Shown one piece after another: positions 56,153-64,000 of a DNA stretch of 64,000 nt. The stretch is from Candidatus Woesearchaeota archaeon (GTDB lineage Archaea; Nanobdellota; Nanobdellia; Woesearchaeales; SKGA01). Under the pieces are notes generated by a model. It searched no databases. It saw only the letters and a program-made list of their open reading frames with translations, and had not been told where the DNA came from. Each line of letters opens with the position of its first letter. Position 1 is the first letter of the stretch. A program made the position numbers and the translations under genes. The DNA is taken from the NCBI GenBank assembly GCA_016926395.1, contig JAFGOT010000010.1:1-64000 (forward strand). The letters run 5' to 3'.

Positions 56153-57127
56153 ATGCAAGAGCCAGTATTCAAAGTCAGAGGAGTCAGTAAAGCGTTTAAT
56201 GAACACGTGGTTCTTGACAACATTGACTTAGATATTTATTCTGGCGAAATTATTGGCATAATTGGTGCTAGTGGCGCAGGTAAAACCACTTTTCTTAACA
56301 CCCTAATCGGTTTCTTAAGACCTGATAAAGGCGACATTCAATTCCGTTTAAATCATCTTCTAGCATATAAAAATTCATATATTTACAGATCCGTTTTCAA
56401 AAAGCAATCTCTTGTTAAACAAGTTTATGGCTTTGCATCACAAGTTCCATCGTTTTATGATGATTTAACTACAAAGGAAAATCTTGAGTATTTTGGTCTT
56501 TTATACAATCTTTCAAGAGACGCGATTAAATCAAATGCAGAAACACTCCTAAACTTAATGGACTTAAAAGATGCATCTAATACTCTTGCAAAAAATCTTT
56601 CGGGTGGAATGGAGCGACGTCTTGACATCGCCTGTGCTTTAATGCACGACCCAGATGTTCTGATTCTTGACGAACCAACAGCCGATCTTGATCCTATGCT
56701 TAGAAATCACATCTGGCAGCTAGTTAGAAAAATCAATCAAAAAGGAACCACAATAATTTTATCAAGCCACCATTTAAGTGAACTTGAAGCTTTATGTAAT
56801 AGAGTCGCAATAATAAAAGACAGTAAAATTCTTGCTGTTGGCAAACCAGAAGAGATAAAAAAACAATTCATGGTTGAAAAGGAAATTATCTTACAAACCA
56901 ACCCCGGAGATTACAAAAAAATTGTTAAAGAACTTTCTAAAAAAGATATTTCTAGAATACGAATTTCAAATCACACCCTTCATATTCATTCAAGCAAACC
57001 GGAACACGTAATGCTTGATGTAATGACTACTCTTAAAAAAAGTAAAGAAGATCTCACATTCATTAATGTTACTAGCGCATCTCTAGATGATGTCTTCATA
57101 TCTATCTGGGAGGATAAAGAAGAATGA
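56153..57127 (+). CDS. ABC exporter ATP-binding subunit
   Basis: GASGAGKT, LSGGMERR, LILDEPT, SSH. Confidence 0.95.
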   Translation: MQEPVFKVRGVSKAFNEHVVLDNIDLDIYSGEIIGIIGASGAGKTTFLNTLIGFLRPDKGDIQFRLNHLLAYKNSYIYRSVFKKQSLVKQVYGFASQVPSFYDDLTTKENLEYFGLLYNLSRDAIKSNAETLLNLMDLKDASNTLAKNLSGGMERRLDIACALMHDPDVLILDEPTADLDPMLRNHIWQLVRKINQKGTTIILSSHHLSELEALCNRVAIIKDSKILAVGKPEEIKKQFMVEKEIILQTNPGDYKKIVKELSKKDISRIRISNHTLHIHSSKPEHVMLDVMTTLKKSKEDLTFINVTSASLDDVFISIWEDKEE

Positions 57128-59127
57128 AATTTTTTAGGACCATAGCAAAAAATTTCAGAGTTTTATTCAGACTCAAAACCGCTTTAGTTGCAATAGTTTT
57201 TGGTCCTTTATTTGTTATATTCTTAATTGGATTTGCATTTAACTCATCTAACGCAATTCAGTTAACAGTTGGTTATCATGCTCCAGATAACAGTCAATTA
57301 ACAACCGATTTTATCTCCTCTTTAGATAATAAATACACAACCAAGAGTTTTGAAATTGAACGTGATTGTCTTAAAGAACTAGAACATGGTTTAGTTCACA
57401 CATGTATATTCTTTCCACCTAATTTCGAAATCACACAAGGAAAAGAAAACAATGTAACCTTCGTTGTCGATAAGTCAAGAGTTAATCTTGCATATACAGT
57501 TATTGAAGGTGTTTCAGAACAAATCGGCATTAAAACGGATGAATTAAGTAAAAGCCTTACTGAAACCCTTACATCAACTTTGACAAAAACTGGCACTGTT
57601 GTTGATAGCACCATTGGTTCTCTTATTAAAATTAAAAAGGATATGAATGATAATGTCAATGATGCTAAAGTTATTAGTGATGATTTAAATGAAATAAAAC
57701 TTGAAGTTAAAGATTTCTCATTTACAGGAACTTCAGAAATAGCCTCCATAGATAATAGTTTAGACGATATTCAAGATGAAGTCGAAACAGTTCTTAAAGA
57801 AATAAACACCACCATAAATTCATTAAACACGACAGATTCAAAATCAGGAATAATTTCTGCAATAAATGATCTAAATGAATTTGTGTTTACAGAATATAAT
57901 GATTCCACAACACGTCTTTCTAATTTAACAACCAAAATATCTGCTGTTCAAACAGAGTTAAATACTGTTGAAGACCAAATTAAAACAGCTAAAGAAAACA
58001 CAGACAATAGTCGTGAGAAAATAGATGCTCTTAGAACACGCCTTAATAGTATTAATTCAGAAGTTGATGGAGTAAAGTCAAACCTTGAATCTCTTTCAAG
58101 AGATGTTAGTTCTATTGAAATAACTTCAAGTGATCAAATTGTTAATCCTATCAACACAAAAATTGAAACTATAAGTTCAGATAATAACCAACTTATTTCT
58201 CTTCTTCCATATCTTTTAATGTTGATAATTATGTTTGTTGGTTTAATGCTTGCTAGCACATTGGTTGTTGTTGAAAAGTCAAGTAGGGCTTCATTTAGAG
58301 TATTTACGACTCCTACAAAAGATGAATTTTTTATCCTTACAACTTTTGTTACTGCATTTATCATAGTTATTGCGCAGTTAGCAATTATTCTTCTAGCAGT
58401 TTCTTATTTCTTAATTGATGTTTTCACTGCAAACATTGGACTTAACATATTGATTCTTGTTCTTGCAACAAGTATATTCATCATGCTTGGTATGGCTATT
58501 GGTTATCTAATAAAATCACAACAAGGAGCAAATATGACAAGCATAAGCATAGGTGCTCTTCTTTTGATGCTTTCCAACTTTGTCCTTCCTGTAGAAAGTA
58601 TTGTTCCTGGACTTAGGTTTATTGCAGAATATAATCCGTATGTTCTTGCTTCAGAAACATTTAGACGAGCAACAATATTTTCTATGCCTCTTAATGAAAT
58701 GCTTTTTGAAATAGGCGTTCTGTTTGCTTTCACAGTAGTTATTTTCATACTAATAGTTATATTCCAAAAACTTGCTAAAGCACGTTATTTCAACAAAAAT
58801 CAACATGCAAAAGCTAAAAAAATAGAAGAGAAAAAAGGTCTTTGGATAAAAAACGTTCTTGTAAATAATGAACTTGAATTTATAGAAGAAGTTAATAAAT
58901 TAAGTAAAGAGGGGTATCATCAATTTATTAGAAAGAATAGTATTAAAGTAGGAAAATTCATTAAAAAAGAACTTAACAAACCTCAGATTGCAAAGAGAGT
59001 TCGAAAGTTAAGTCAGAAAGAATTGTTAAATGTTATTGTAAAAGATAAACAAGATATTCTAGCAGAAATTAAAAAGAAACACGAACAACGTATGAAAGAA
59101 CAAAAATCAAATTATCATAAAGATTAA
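57124..59127 (+). CDS. ABC-2 permease with long extracellular coiled coil (YhgE/Pip-like)
   Basis: N-terminal TM; ~250-aa heptad region; IVNPI; ABC-2 TM bundle (NFVLPVESI...YNPYVLA); soluble C-terminal tail. Confidence 0.82.
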   Translation: MKFFRTIAKNFRVLFRLKTALVAIVFGPLFVIFLIGFAFNSSNAIQLTVGYHAPDNSQLTTDFISSLDNKYTTKSFEIERDCLKELEHGLVHTCIFFPPNFEITQGKENNVTFVVDKSRVNLAYTVIEGVSEQIGIKTDELSKSLTETLTSTLTKTGTVVDSTIGSLIKIKKDMNDNVNDAKVISDDLNEIKLEVKDFSFTGTSEIASIDNSLDDIQDEVETVLKEINTTINSLNTTDSKSGIISAINDLNEFVFTEYNDSTTRLSNLTTKISAVQTELNTVEDQIKTAKENTDNSREKIDALRTRLNSINSEVDGVKSNLESLSRDVSSIEITSSDQIVNPINTKIETISSDNNQLISLLPYLLMLIIMFVGLMLASTLVVVEKSSRASFRVFTTPTKDEFFILTTFVTAFIIVIAQLAIILLAVSYFLIDVFTANIGLNILILVLATSIFIMLGMAIGYLIKSQQGANMTSISIGALLLMLSNFVLPVESIVPGLRFIAEYNPYVLASETFRRATIFSMPLNEMLFEIGVLFAFTVVIFILIVIFQKLAKARYFNKNQHAKAKKIEEKKGLWIKNVLVNNELEFIEEVNKLSKEGYHQFIRKNSIKVGKFIKKELNKPQIAKRVRKLSQKELLNVIVKDKQDILAEIKKKHEQRMKEQKSNYHKD

Positions 59128-59547
59128 ACTTGCAACTAACAATACTAAATAAAAAACGTGTTCTGTAATGCTCCCAACTTTTATAGGTCCTTGTATTTTA
59201 AATCCAAGAATATGAATTCCTTCTTTAGTTATTGCATCCATAACTATGTGAAGGGTAAATCCAGATGCAAAAACAATCCCTGCTATTGGTTTAAATAATA
59301 ATCCTAAGAGTAAAGAAAATAAAACTAAAGCAAATATGGAGTGAAAGAAACCTCTGTGTTTAAAGATAAAGGAAATTATTTTTATTTTTCGTCCTAAAAT
59401 TGATCTGGCACTATCTACATCAGGAAATAAAGAACCTATTACAAAAAGAAATAACAAGAATACATTTGTAATACTATCATAAGAATAAATTGAAAAAAAT
59501 AAAACAGCCAAAAATACCGCTGCGGCTAAATGTGTTCTTCCAAGCAT
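59107..59547 (-). CDS. YdjM-like membrane-bound metal-dependent hydrolase
   Basis: MLGRTH, GSLFPDVD, HRGFFHS, LHIVMD. Confidence 0.88.
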   Translation of the reverse strand: MLGRTHLAAAVFLAVLFFSIYSYDSITNVFLLFLFVIGSLFPDVDSARSILGRKIKIISFIFKHRGFFHSIFALVLFSLLLGLLFKPIAGIVFASGFTLHIVMDAITKEGIHILGFKIQGPIKVGSITEHVFYLVLLVASLIFMII

Positions 59548-60668
59548 TATAAATCGCCATCAATATCATCGATTGAAAGTAATTCTTCATCATCTTCAGA
59601 TATTAATTCTTCAGTCACATTGGTTGCAGATAAATCTTCTTTTTTACTTGATTCTTCCACAGGCCTTTTATTATCTTCTCGCGGAGAAGATTTTATTTCT
59701 GGTTGAGGATTTCTATTAACATTATACAATACTAGTTCGTTGTTGTTATATGTCTCGTTGTGTTTTACTCTTGCTCTCGCAGTAATTATTCTTCCTAAAA
59801 GGTCGGTTTTTACCTCTTCCAACAATGAAGAATCATCTTTTAGTTTTAGAACTTCTTCTTCAGATTTTTCTAATAGTTGATTTATTTGCTCTTTCCAAAG
59901 AGATGCTCGTAAGTTATCAGTCCCATCATCTAGAAAAAGATTCATAACATAATTGTAAGCCACAGTTTGTTGTTCCCCATGTTCTGCGCAAGTAAATACG
60001 TCTAATTCTTGTCGCATTCGTTTATTACATGTAGGACACACTTCAAAGAAACGAGGATCATAAACTTGAACTATTGTGGCCGTAATACTAACAAATGCAT
60101 CATCGGAAGTTATTTCATTTAATTTTTTAGCAGGAGTTTCAGGAACTTGATTTTCTGTTCTTTCCATCACGTCAACGGTTCTTCCCGGAGGATTTATCAC
60201 GCAATGAGATGAGTTGCCCATATGTAATTCAATATATCCTTGTTGGTTTTCTTTTGAGTATGCTGATTGGACTTCAACAACATCTCCTTCATTTAGTTTT
60301 TCAAAGTATGCTGTTTTTTCATTCCAAAATGTTAATCTCATGTTTTTTGTTTCATCACCAATTAGAACGTTTGCAACTTTTCCAGATTTATCTTCACCAA
60401 ATGTTCTAAGTTCATACTTTTTTACAACTTTACCAAGAACAGTAACATTTTTCATTCCAGCTAAGACATCCTTTAGTTTCATGTCTGTGCTTGGAGCAGA
60501 ACCAAGCTGCAATCCTAGTTCATTAGCAATTATGTGTAAAGCGCCATCTTCAGATATTAATCCGCCAAGGGAAGAAAGTTTTGCGCTAACCTTTTTATCT
60601 AGGTCTTCTTTTGTGATTTTTCCAGTTTGAAGAATTTTATCTACAAGTACTTGTGTATCAGTCATCAT
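59547..60668 (-). CDS. rpa: Replication protein A (OB folds plus Zn finger)
   Basis: GLISEDGALHIIANELG; OB fold GKVANVLIGDET...TFW; CPTCNKR...CAEHG; LFLDDGTD. Confidence 0.88.
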   Translation of the reverse strand: MMTDTQVLVDKILQTGKITKEDLDKKVSAKLSSLGGLISEDGALHIIANELGLQLGSAPSTDMKLKDVLAGMKNVTVLGKVVKKYELRTFGEDKSGKVANVLIGDETKNMRLTFWNEKTAYFEKLNEGDVVEVQSAYSKENQQGYIELHMGNSSHCVINPPGRTVDVMERTENQVPETPAKKLNEITSDDAFVSITATIVQVYDPRFFEVCPTCNKRMRQELDVFTCAEHGEQQTVAYNYVMNLFLDDGTDNLRASLWKEQINQLLEKSEEEVLKLKDDSSLLEEVKTDLLGRIITARARVKHNETYNNNELVLYNVNRNPQPEIKSSPREDNKRPVEESSKKEDLSATNVTEELISEDDEELLSIDDIDGDL

Positions 60669-60756
60669 AATTACCCCAATACCTCTATAAGGTTTAATAT
60701 TGTTAAGCTTATGTAATTATGGGTTGTTTTTAAGTCTTGTGCCTTGGTGAACAGTG

Positions 60757-61356
60757 CTATTTTTTATTTAAAAGCTTATTTATAAAGGCCGAGTCGTACC
60801 CTCGCTTGATTAAAAGGTCTTCCAACTGGTTCTCAGTGTATCCTCGTTTTCTTAAATTATTAATATAAGGACTTAAGCTGATTATTTGTTTTTTTTCATC
60901 ACGCAAAATAGCTAGTTTGTGAGCTATAACCAAAACAACAACAATCAAAATCAAAATAATTCCAAAGATACTAGCAAAGAGAATCCAATTATTGCTAGGA
61001 ATATTTCTTTCCTCATTTCGGGGCTCATCAGATATAACGACAATTTCTGTTTGAAAATCAAGATTCGTGTTGTTTTTTTCTTCTAAAGAAATGTTGTTTT
61101 TATTTGAAGCAGATTCGTTAACAACTAAAACAGCAGTATCAACTGCATTATATTCATCTCCAAAATCGCCCTCACAATAAAGATAATAGTCATCGCCCAC
61201 CAAATCATAGTAATTTTCTGGATCATCTAAACAAAATGATTGGTTCCATTCCATCAGCTCCCCATTTAATGTTTGAACTTCAAAGGAATTAACAGAGTGA
61301 AAAGACAAAATTAACATAATAAAATAGACTAATCCGAAAAAATATTTTGTTTTCAT
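60757..61356 (-). CDS. Small single-pass surface protein with cytoplasmic helical module
   Basis: Signal peptide; CLDD...C motif; TM; tail YINNLRKRGYTENQLEDLLIKRGY. Confidence 0.7.
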   Translation of the reverse strand: MKTKYFFGLVYFIMLILSFHSVNSFEVQTLNGELMEWNQSFCLDDPENYYDLVGDDYYLYCEGDFGDEYNAVDTAVLVVNESASNKNNISLEEKNNTNLDFQTEIVVISDEPRNEERNIPSNNWILFASIFGIILILIVVVLVIAHKLAILRDEKKQIISLSPYINNLRKRGYTENQLEDLLIKRGYDSAFINKLLNKK

Positions 61357-61357
61357 T

Positions 61358-64000
61358 TTATACTAAAAAGGTTTCATACCCATATTTTGAACTTATTTGA
61401 TCTACTCCTTGAGCAACTAGCCCTTCTTGGTTTAAATCAATTTGTTGATATACTAAAATCGCTGGTTTGTAGTATTTTCCCATCACATTGTATTTACTAA
61501 CGACATAAGAAGTATCTCCATCAACAAGCATTATTTTTGAGTTAGCATTTACACTTGTAGAAGATCTAACTGCATCATTAAATGCAGATATTAACTCTTG
61601 ATCTTGTTCTATCAAAGCTCGCGTATCTTCTAGGTTGGTAATGTCATATCTATAAGTATCACGAAGTTTTGCTAACACATCATAACCTGAATATTTACAA
61701 AAACGATCAGTTTCAGTTCTTTTGCTTTCGGCAATATTGAATTGGTTGGTCCCATACTCGAAATGCCAATCTTCATTTCCATACCTTACAAATCCCAAAG
61801 AACACATTATATCTTCCATCAAAAGGGGATTTACTCCTTTTTTAGTAACCGCATCTTTCATTTCAATATCAATAGCGCCTGAAACCATGTGAGGACATAA
61901 TTTTTGACCTTTAGGATTCGGATCACATGCTAAACTAGTATCGTAACCATTGGCAACAAATAACTTTTGTTGAATATCATAAGTCCTATATGCTTGAGTT
62001 ATAGATATTTCTAAATTTAATGGTTCTAAATAAAGTTGAGAAAGTTCATGTAATTTTAAGACCAATTCCTTATTTCCCGCACATATTTTTCCAACACGCG
62101 TATTTTTTTCATCACAAGTTACTCGAGGTATATTTGCTATTCTATACAAATTTTCTCCTGTCGTTGGATGTTTTATTCCGGGATAGACTTCAAGTTCAAT
62201 ATCAGTATCATCAAACTTTGCAATTTCTGGTTTTGCAGCTTTTCCGTATAATTCTTCTAGCGTAATTTTTGGCTGATAAAAATTTTTACATACTAAACCT
62301 GAAATATATGATGATTCAGGAATTACTTTTGAAACTAAGCTTCCTGCCGTCATATCAGGCATTGGAAGGCCCTCCCAGTCAAAAGATTTGTTGTTTTCGT
62401 AAGCATCGAAGGAAGTTATTTTATAATAATAAGACATTCCTGGTTCGAATGGAAAATCTCCCCCATAAAATCTTAGTCTTGCATAATAAGTTATTTTAGA
62501 GTTTGTCGTTGTCTTGTAAAGAACACCAATCGTGTCTGCTTTTGATGGGTCTTCTATTTCTATTGCATCTATTGAATAAAATTCATAATCAAAATAATTA
62601 TTTGTTGAGTCTTTGTTTGTAGATATTTCTAGAGCAAATTTGTCTACAAAATGATCATCAATCGGAACATCCCAAGAGAGCATTGGAACGATGTCCTCAA
62701 GACAAGACGAGTAAGATGTTTTTCCATACGTTAGTTCTGGCGCTTTAGTATCATTTAGATAAACTGAGAAATCAATCGTCTCATCAGAAAAGGTTGTATG
62801 TGCTTGTAACCTAAAGTTGTGTTTGTTATCTTTACAAGATAATTGACCATAACCTTTTTTGTAAGGAACCCATTTCATATCATTTTTTCCTTTAACAACA
62901 GCTAAAGAATCAAAGTCAACACCAACTTCCATAGATTTATCTTTAACAGGTCTTTCTATATCAAAATAAGTTTTATTTTTTTGATTATCATAAGTAATTT
63001 CTAAGTATTCTACATCGGAGAAGTCAAAAACAGCATCCGCAAGGTTCGCTATTGCTTTTAATGGTGCAAAGGCGATTTCTGATAAAACACTTATTGTTCC
63101 ATCTTCTTTTTCTTCAGTTGTTTCGACAATATAAAATTTTACTGGATTAAAAGGAAGAGACAGTAAATATTTTTGAGTATCTGAGTCAAGACCATAACTA
63201 TCTCTATCACCTACATAAACCACGCCTGATTTTTCAAGGCGTATTGCAAAATCTTTCGTTGGTTTTTTCAATTGCGTGTTCAACTTTAATTCACAAGTGC
63301 AGCTTTCCTGACCATTTTCATAACAATCATATATTTGATCTATAAAATCATATCCAACAGCATTTTCTTCATCATCTATTGTTATTTTAATTTGATGTTT
63401 AGAATTAAAATTACTTATTTCATTTTTTATACATACATCTAATTTATCAGTACATTTTTCAGTCACATAATTTACAAAAGAATTTATTTCATCTAATTCT
63501 TCAAAGTTAATCTTGTCTTCTGTTATGAATTTTGGATTTATTGTAAAATAACTATTAGATTTTACTCTAGACCCACTAACTCCCGCCATTAAAGATCCTG
63601 AGCACTGTTCTTGCAAAGCTTTTGCAACCAAATTAGGATATAAAAATATTTCATCATGTTTTGCTTTTTTCTCAAACGCGCCGCCCAATCTTGAAGCTCC
63701 CGTTTGTACATCTTCGTAAGTTATATCACTCCATTGCAAAGTAGAAGGTGGACGACCTAATCTTGCACTAGCGGCTTCTTTAATATATTTAGTGGTTGTT
63801 CCTCCTGAATTGTATGCCATTGCAACAAAGTAAAAGTTAGGATTTTGAGGATCAACTATTCTCGTGTCTGTCATCAAAGAATTAAGCAAAGCAGCACCAG
63901 TCATTATTCCTTGTCTTGTATCTCCTGCTTTTAATTCCTCATACGAACAATATTCATTTGGTTGTCGATTTATTGACTCACAAGTTATTGGTGCAATTTG
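61358..64000 (-). CDS. Large protein, 5'-truncated by window: probable SLT/lytic-transglycosylase tail, FN3-like domain, M15 D-Ala-D-Ala metallopeptidase
   Basis: Frame open from 64000 (QIAPITCESINRQPNEYCSYEELKAGDTRQGIMTGAALL...). IMTGAALL and AMAYNSG resemble SLT motifs. LSWDVP...YYYKITSFD is FN3-like. QAYRTYDIQ, CPHMVSGAIDI and EDWHF are M15 motifs. Confidence 0.8.
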   Translation of the reverse strand, partial: QIAPITCESINRQPNEYCSYEELKAGDTRQGIMTGAALLNSLMTDTRIVDPQNPNFYFVAMAYNSGGTTTKYIKEAASARLGRPPSTLQWSDITYEDVQTGASRLGGAFEKKAKHDEIFLYPNLVAKALQEQCSGSLMAGVSGSRVKSNSYFTINPKFITEDKINFEELDEINSFVNYVTEKCTDKLDVCIKNEISNFNSKHQIKITIDDEENAVGYDFIDQIYDCYENGQESCTCELKLNTQLKKPTKDFAIRLEKSGVVYVGDRDSYGLDSDTQKYLLSLPFNPVKFYIVETTEEKEDGTISVLSEIAFAPLKAIANLADAVFDFSDVEYLEITYDNQKNKTYFDIERPVKDKSMEVGVDFDSLAVVKGKNDMKWVPYKKGYGQLSCKDNKHNFRLQAHTTFSDETIDFSVYLNDTKAPELTYGKTSYSSCLEDIVPMLSWDVPIDDHFVDKFALEISTNKDSTNNYFDYEFYSIDAIEIEDPSKADTIGVLYKTTTNSKITYYARLRFYGGDFPFEPGMSYYYKITSFDAYENNKSFDWEGLPMPDMTAGSLVSKVIPESSYISGLVCKNFYQPKITLEELYGKAAKPEIAKFDDTDIELEVYPGIKHPTTGENLYRIANIPRVTCDEKNTRVGKICAGNKELVLKLHELSQLYLEPLNLEISITQAYRTYDIQQKLFVANGYDTSLACDPNPKGQKLCPHMVSGAIDIEMKDAVTKKGVNPLLMEDIMCSLGFVRYGNEDWHFEYGTNQFNIAESKRTETDRFCKYSGYDVLAKLRDTYRYDITNLEDTRALIEQDQELISAFNDAVRSSTSVNANSKIMLVDGDTSYVVSKYNVMGKYYKPAILVYQQIDLNQEGLVAQGVDQISSKYGYETFLV

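Noticed and set aside
321-62499. Many short opposite-strand or alternative-frame ORFs (e.g. 727-1164, 1550-1960, 8584-8988, 20877-21329, 26633-27085, 43529-43927, 60214-60630)
   Set aside because: All overlap longer genes with recognisable motifs, lack SD/TATA context and have shadow-ORF composition.
63902-63904. ATG at 63904 as the start of the last gene
   Set aside because: The frame stays open for 32 more codons to the window edge, and the ATG falls within the SLT-like motif.
1-64000. Stop-codon reassignment, CRISPR arrays, transposases, prophage genes
   Set aside because: TGA is used as a genuine stop in many ATGA overlaps (431, 8598, 11800, 12348, 31366, 32532, 47600, 48709, 52878, 57124). 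No regularly spaced direct repeats or mobile-element motifs were seen by eye.

Overview
Archaeal chromosome segment. It is AT-rich, gene-dense and uses standard code 11, with many ATGA start/stop overlaps. It is most consistent with a DPANN archaeon, probably Woesearchaeota; this is inferred from topo VI, RIO1/KH, NAC, Sec61beta, an archaeal-type RNase P RNA, DhnA aldolase and KAQ-type prepilin-like N-termini. Housekeeping genes (top6A/B, rio1, tRNA-Phe, asnS, trm11, mre11, rpa, rnpB, sugar/glycogen enzymes) are interleaved with many uncharacterised surface genes. No transposase, integrase or CRISPR array was seen. Highlights: (1) A large protein, truncated by the right edge, carries an intact M15 Zn D-Ala-D-Ala peptidase and probably the tail of a lytic-transglycosylase domain, i.e. 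candidate peptidoglycan-attacking activities in an archaeon. (2) A Tad/type-IV-pilus-like ATPase and platform pair sits among prepilin-like, giant Ig/coiled-coil/Cys-rich and triplicated membrane genes; four of these transcription units share the exact promoter 11-mer CTTTAAATACT. (3) A ~10-kb surface-gene block splits the ancestral rio1-KH-top6B-top6A order. (4) An unannotated ~445-nt RNase P RNA has an unusual secondary structure. (5) Two genes probably start at ATT. (6) AspRS and TGT are bacterial-type, and there is a degenerate PEP-synthase-like pseudoenzyme. All family calls come from motif recognition by eye; no database search was run.
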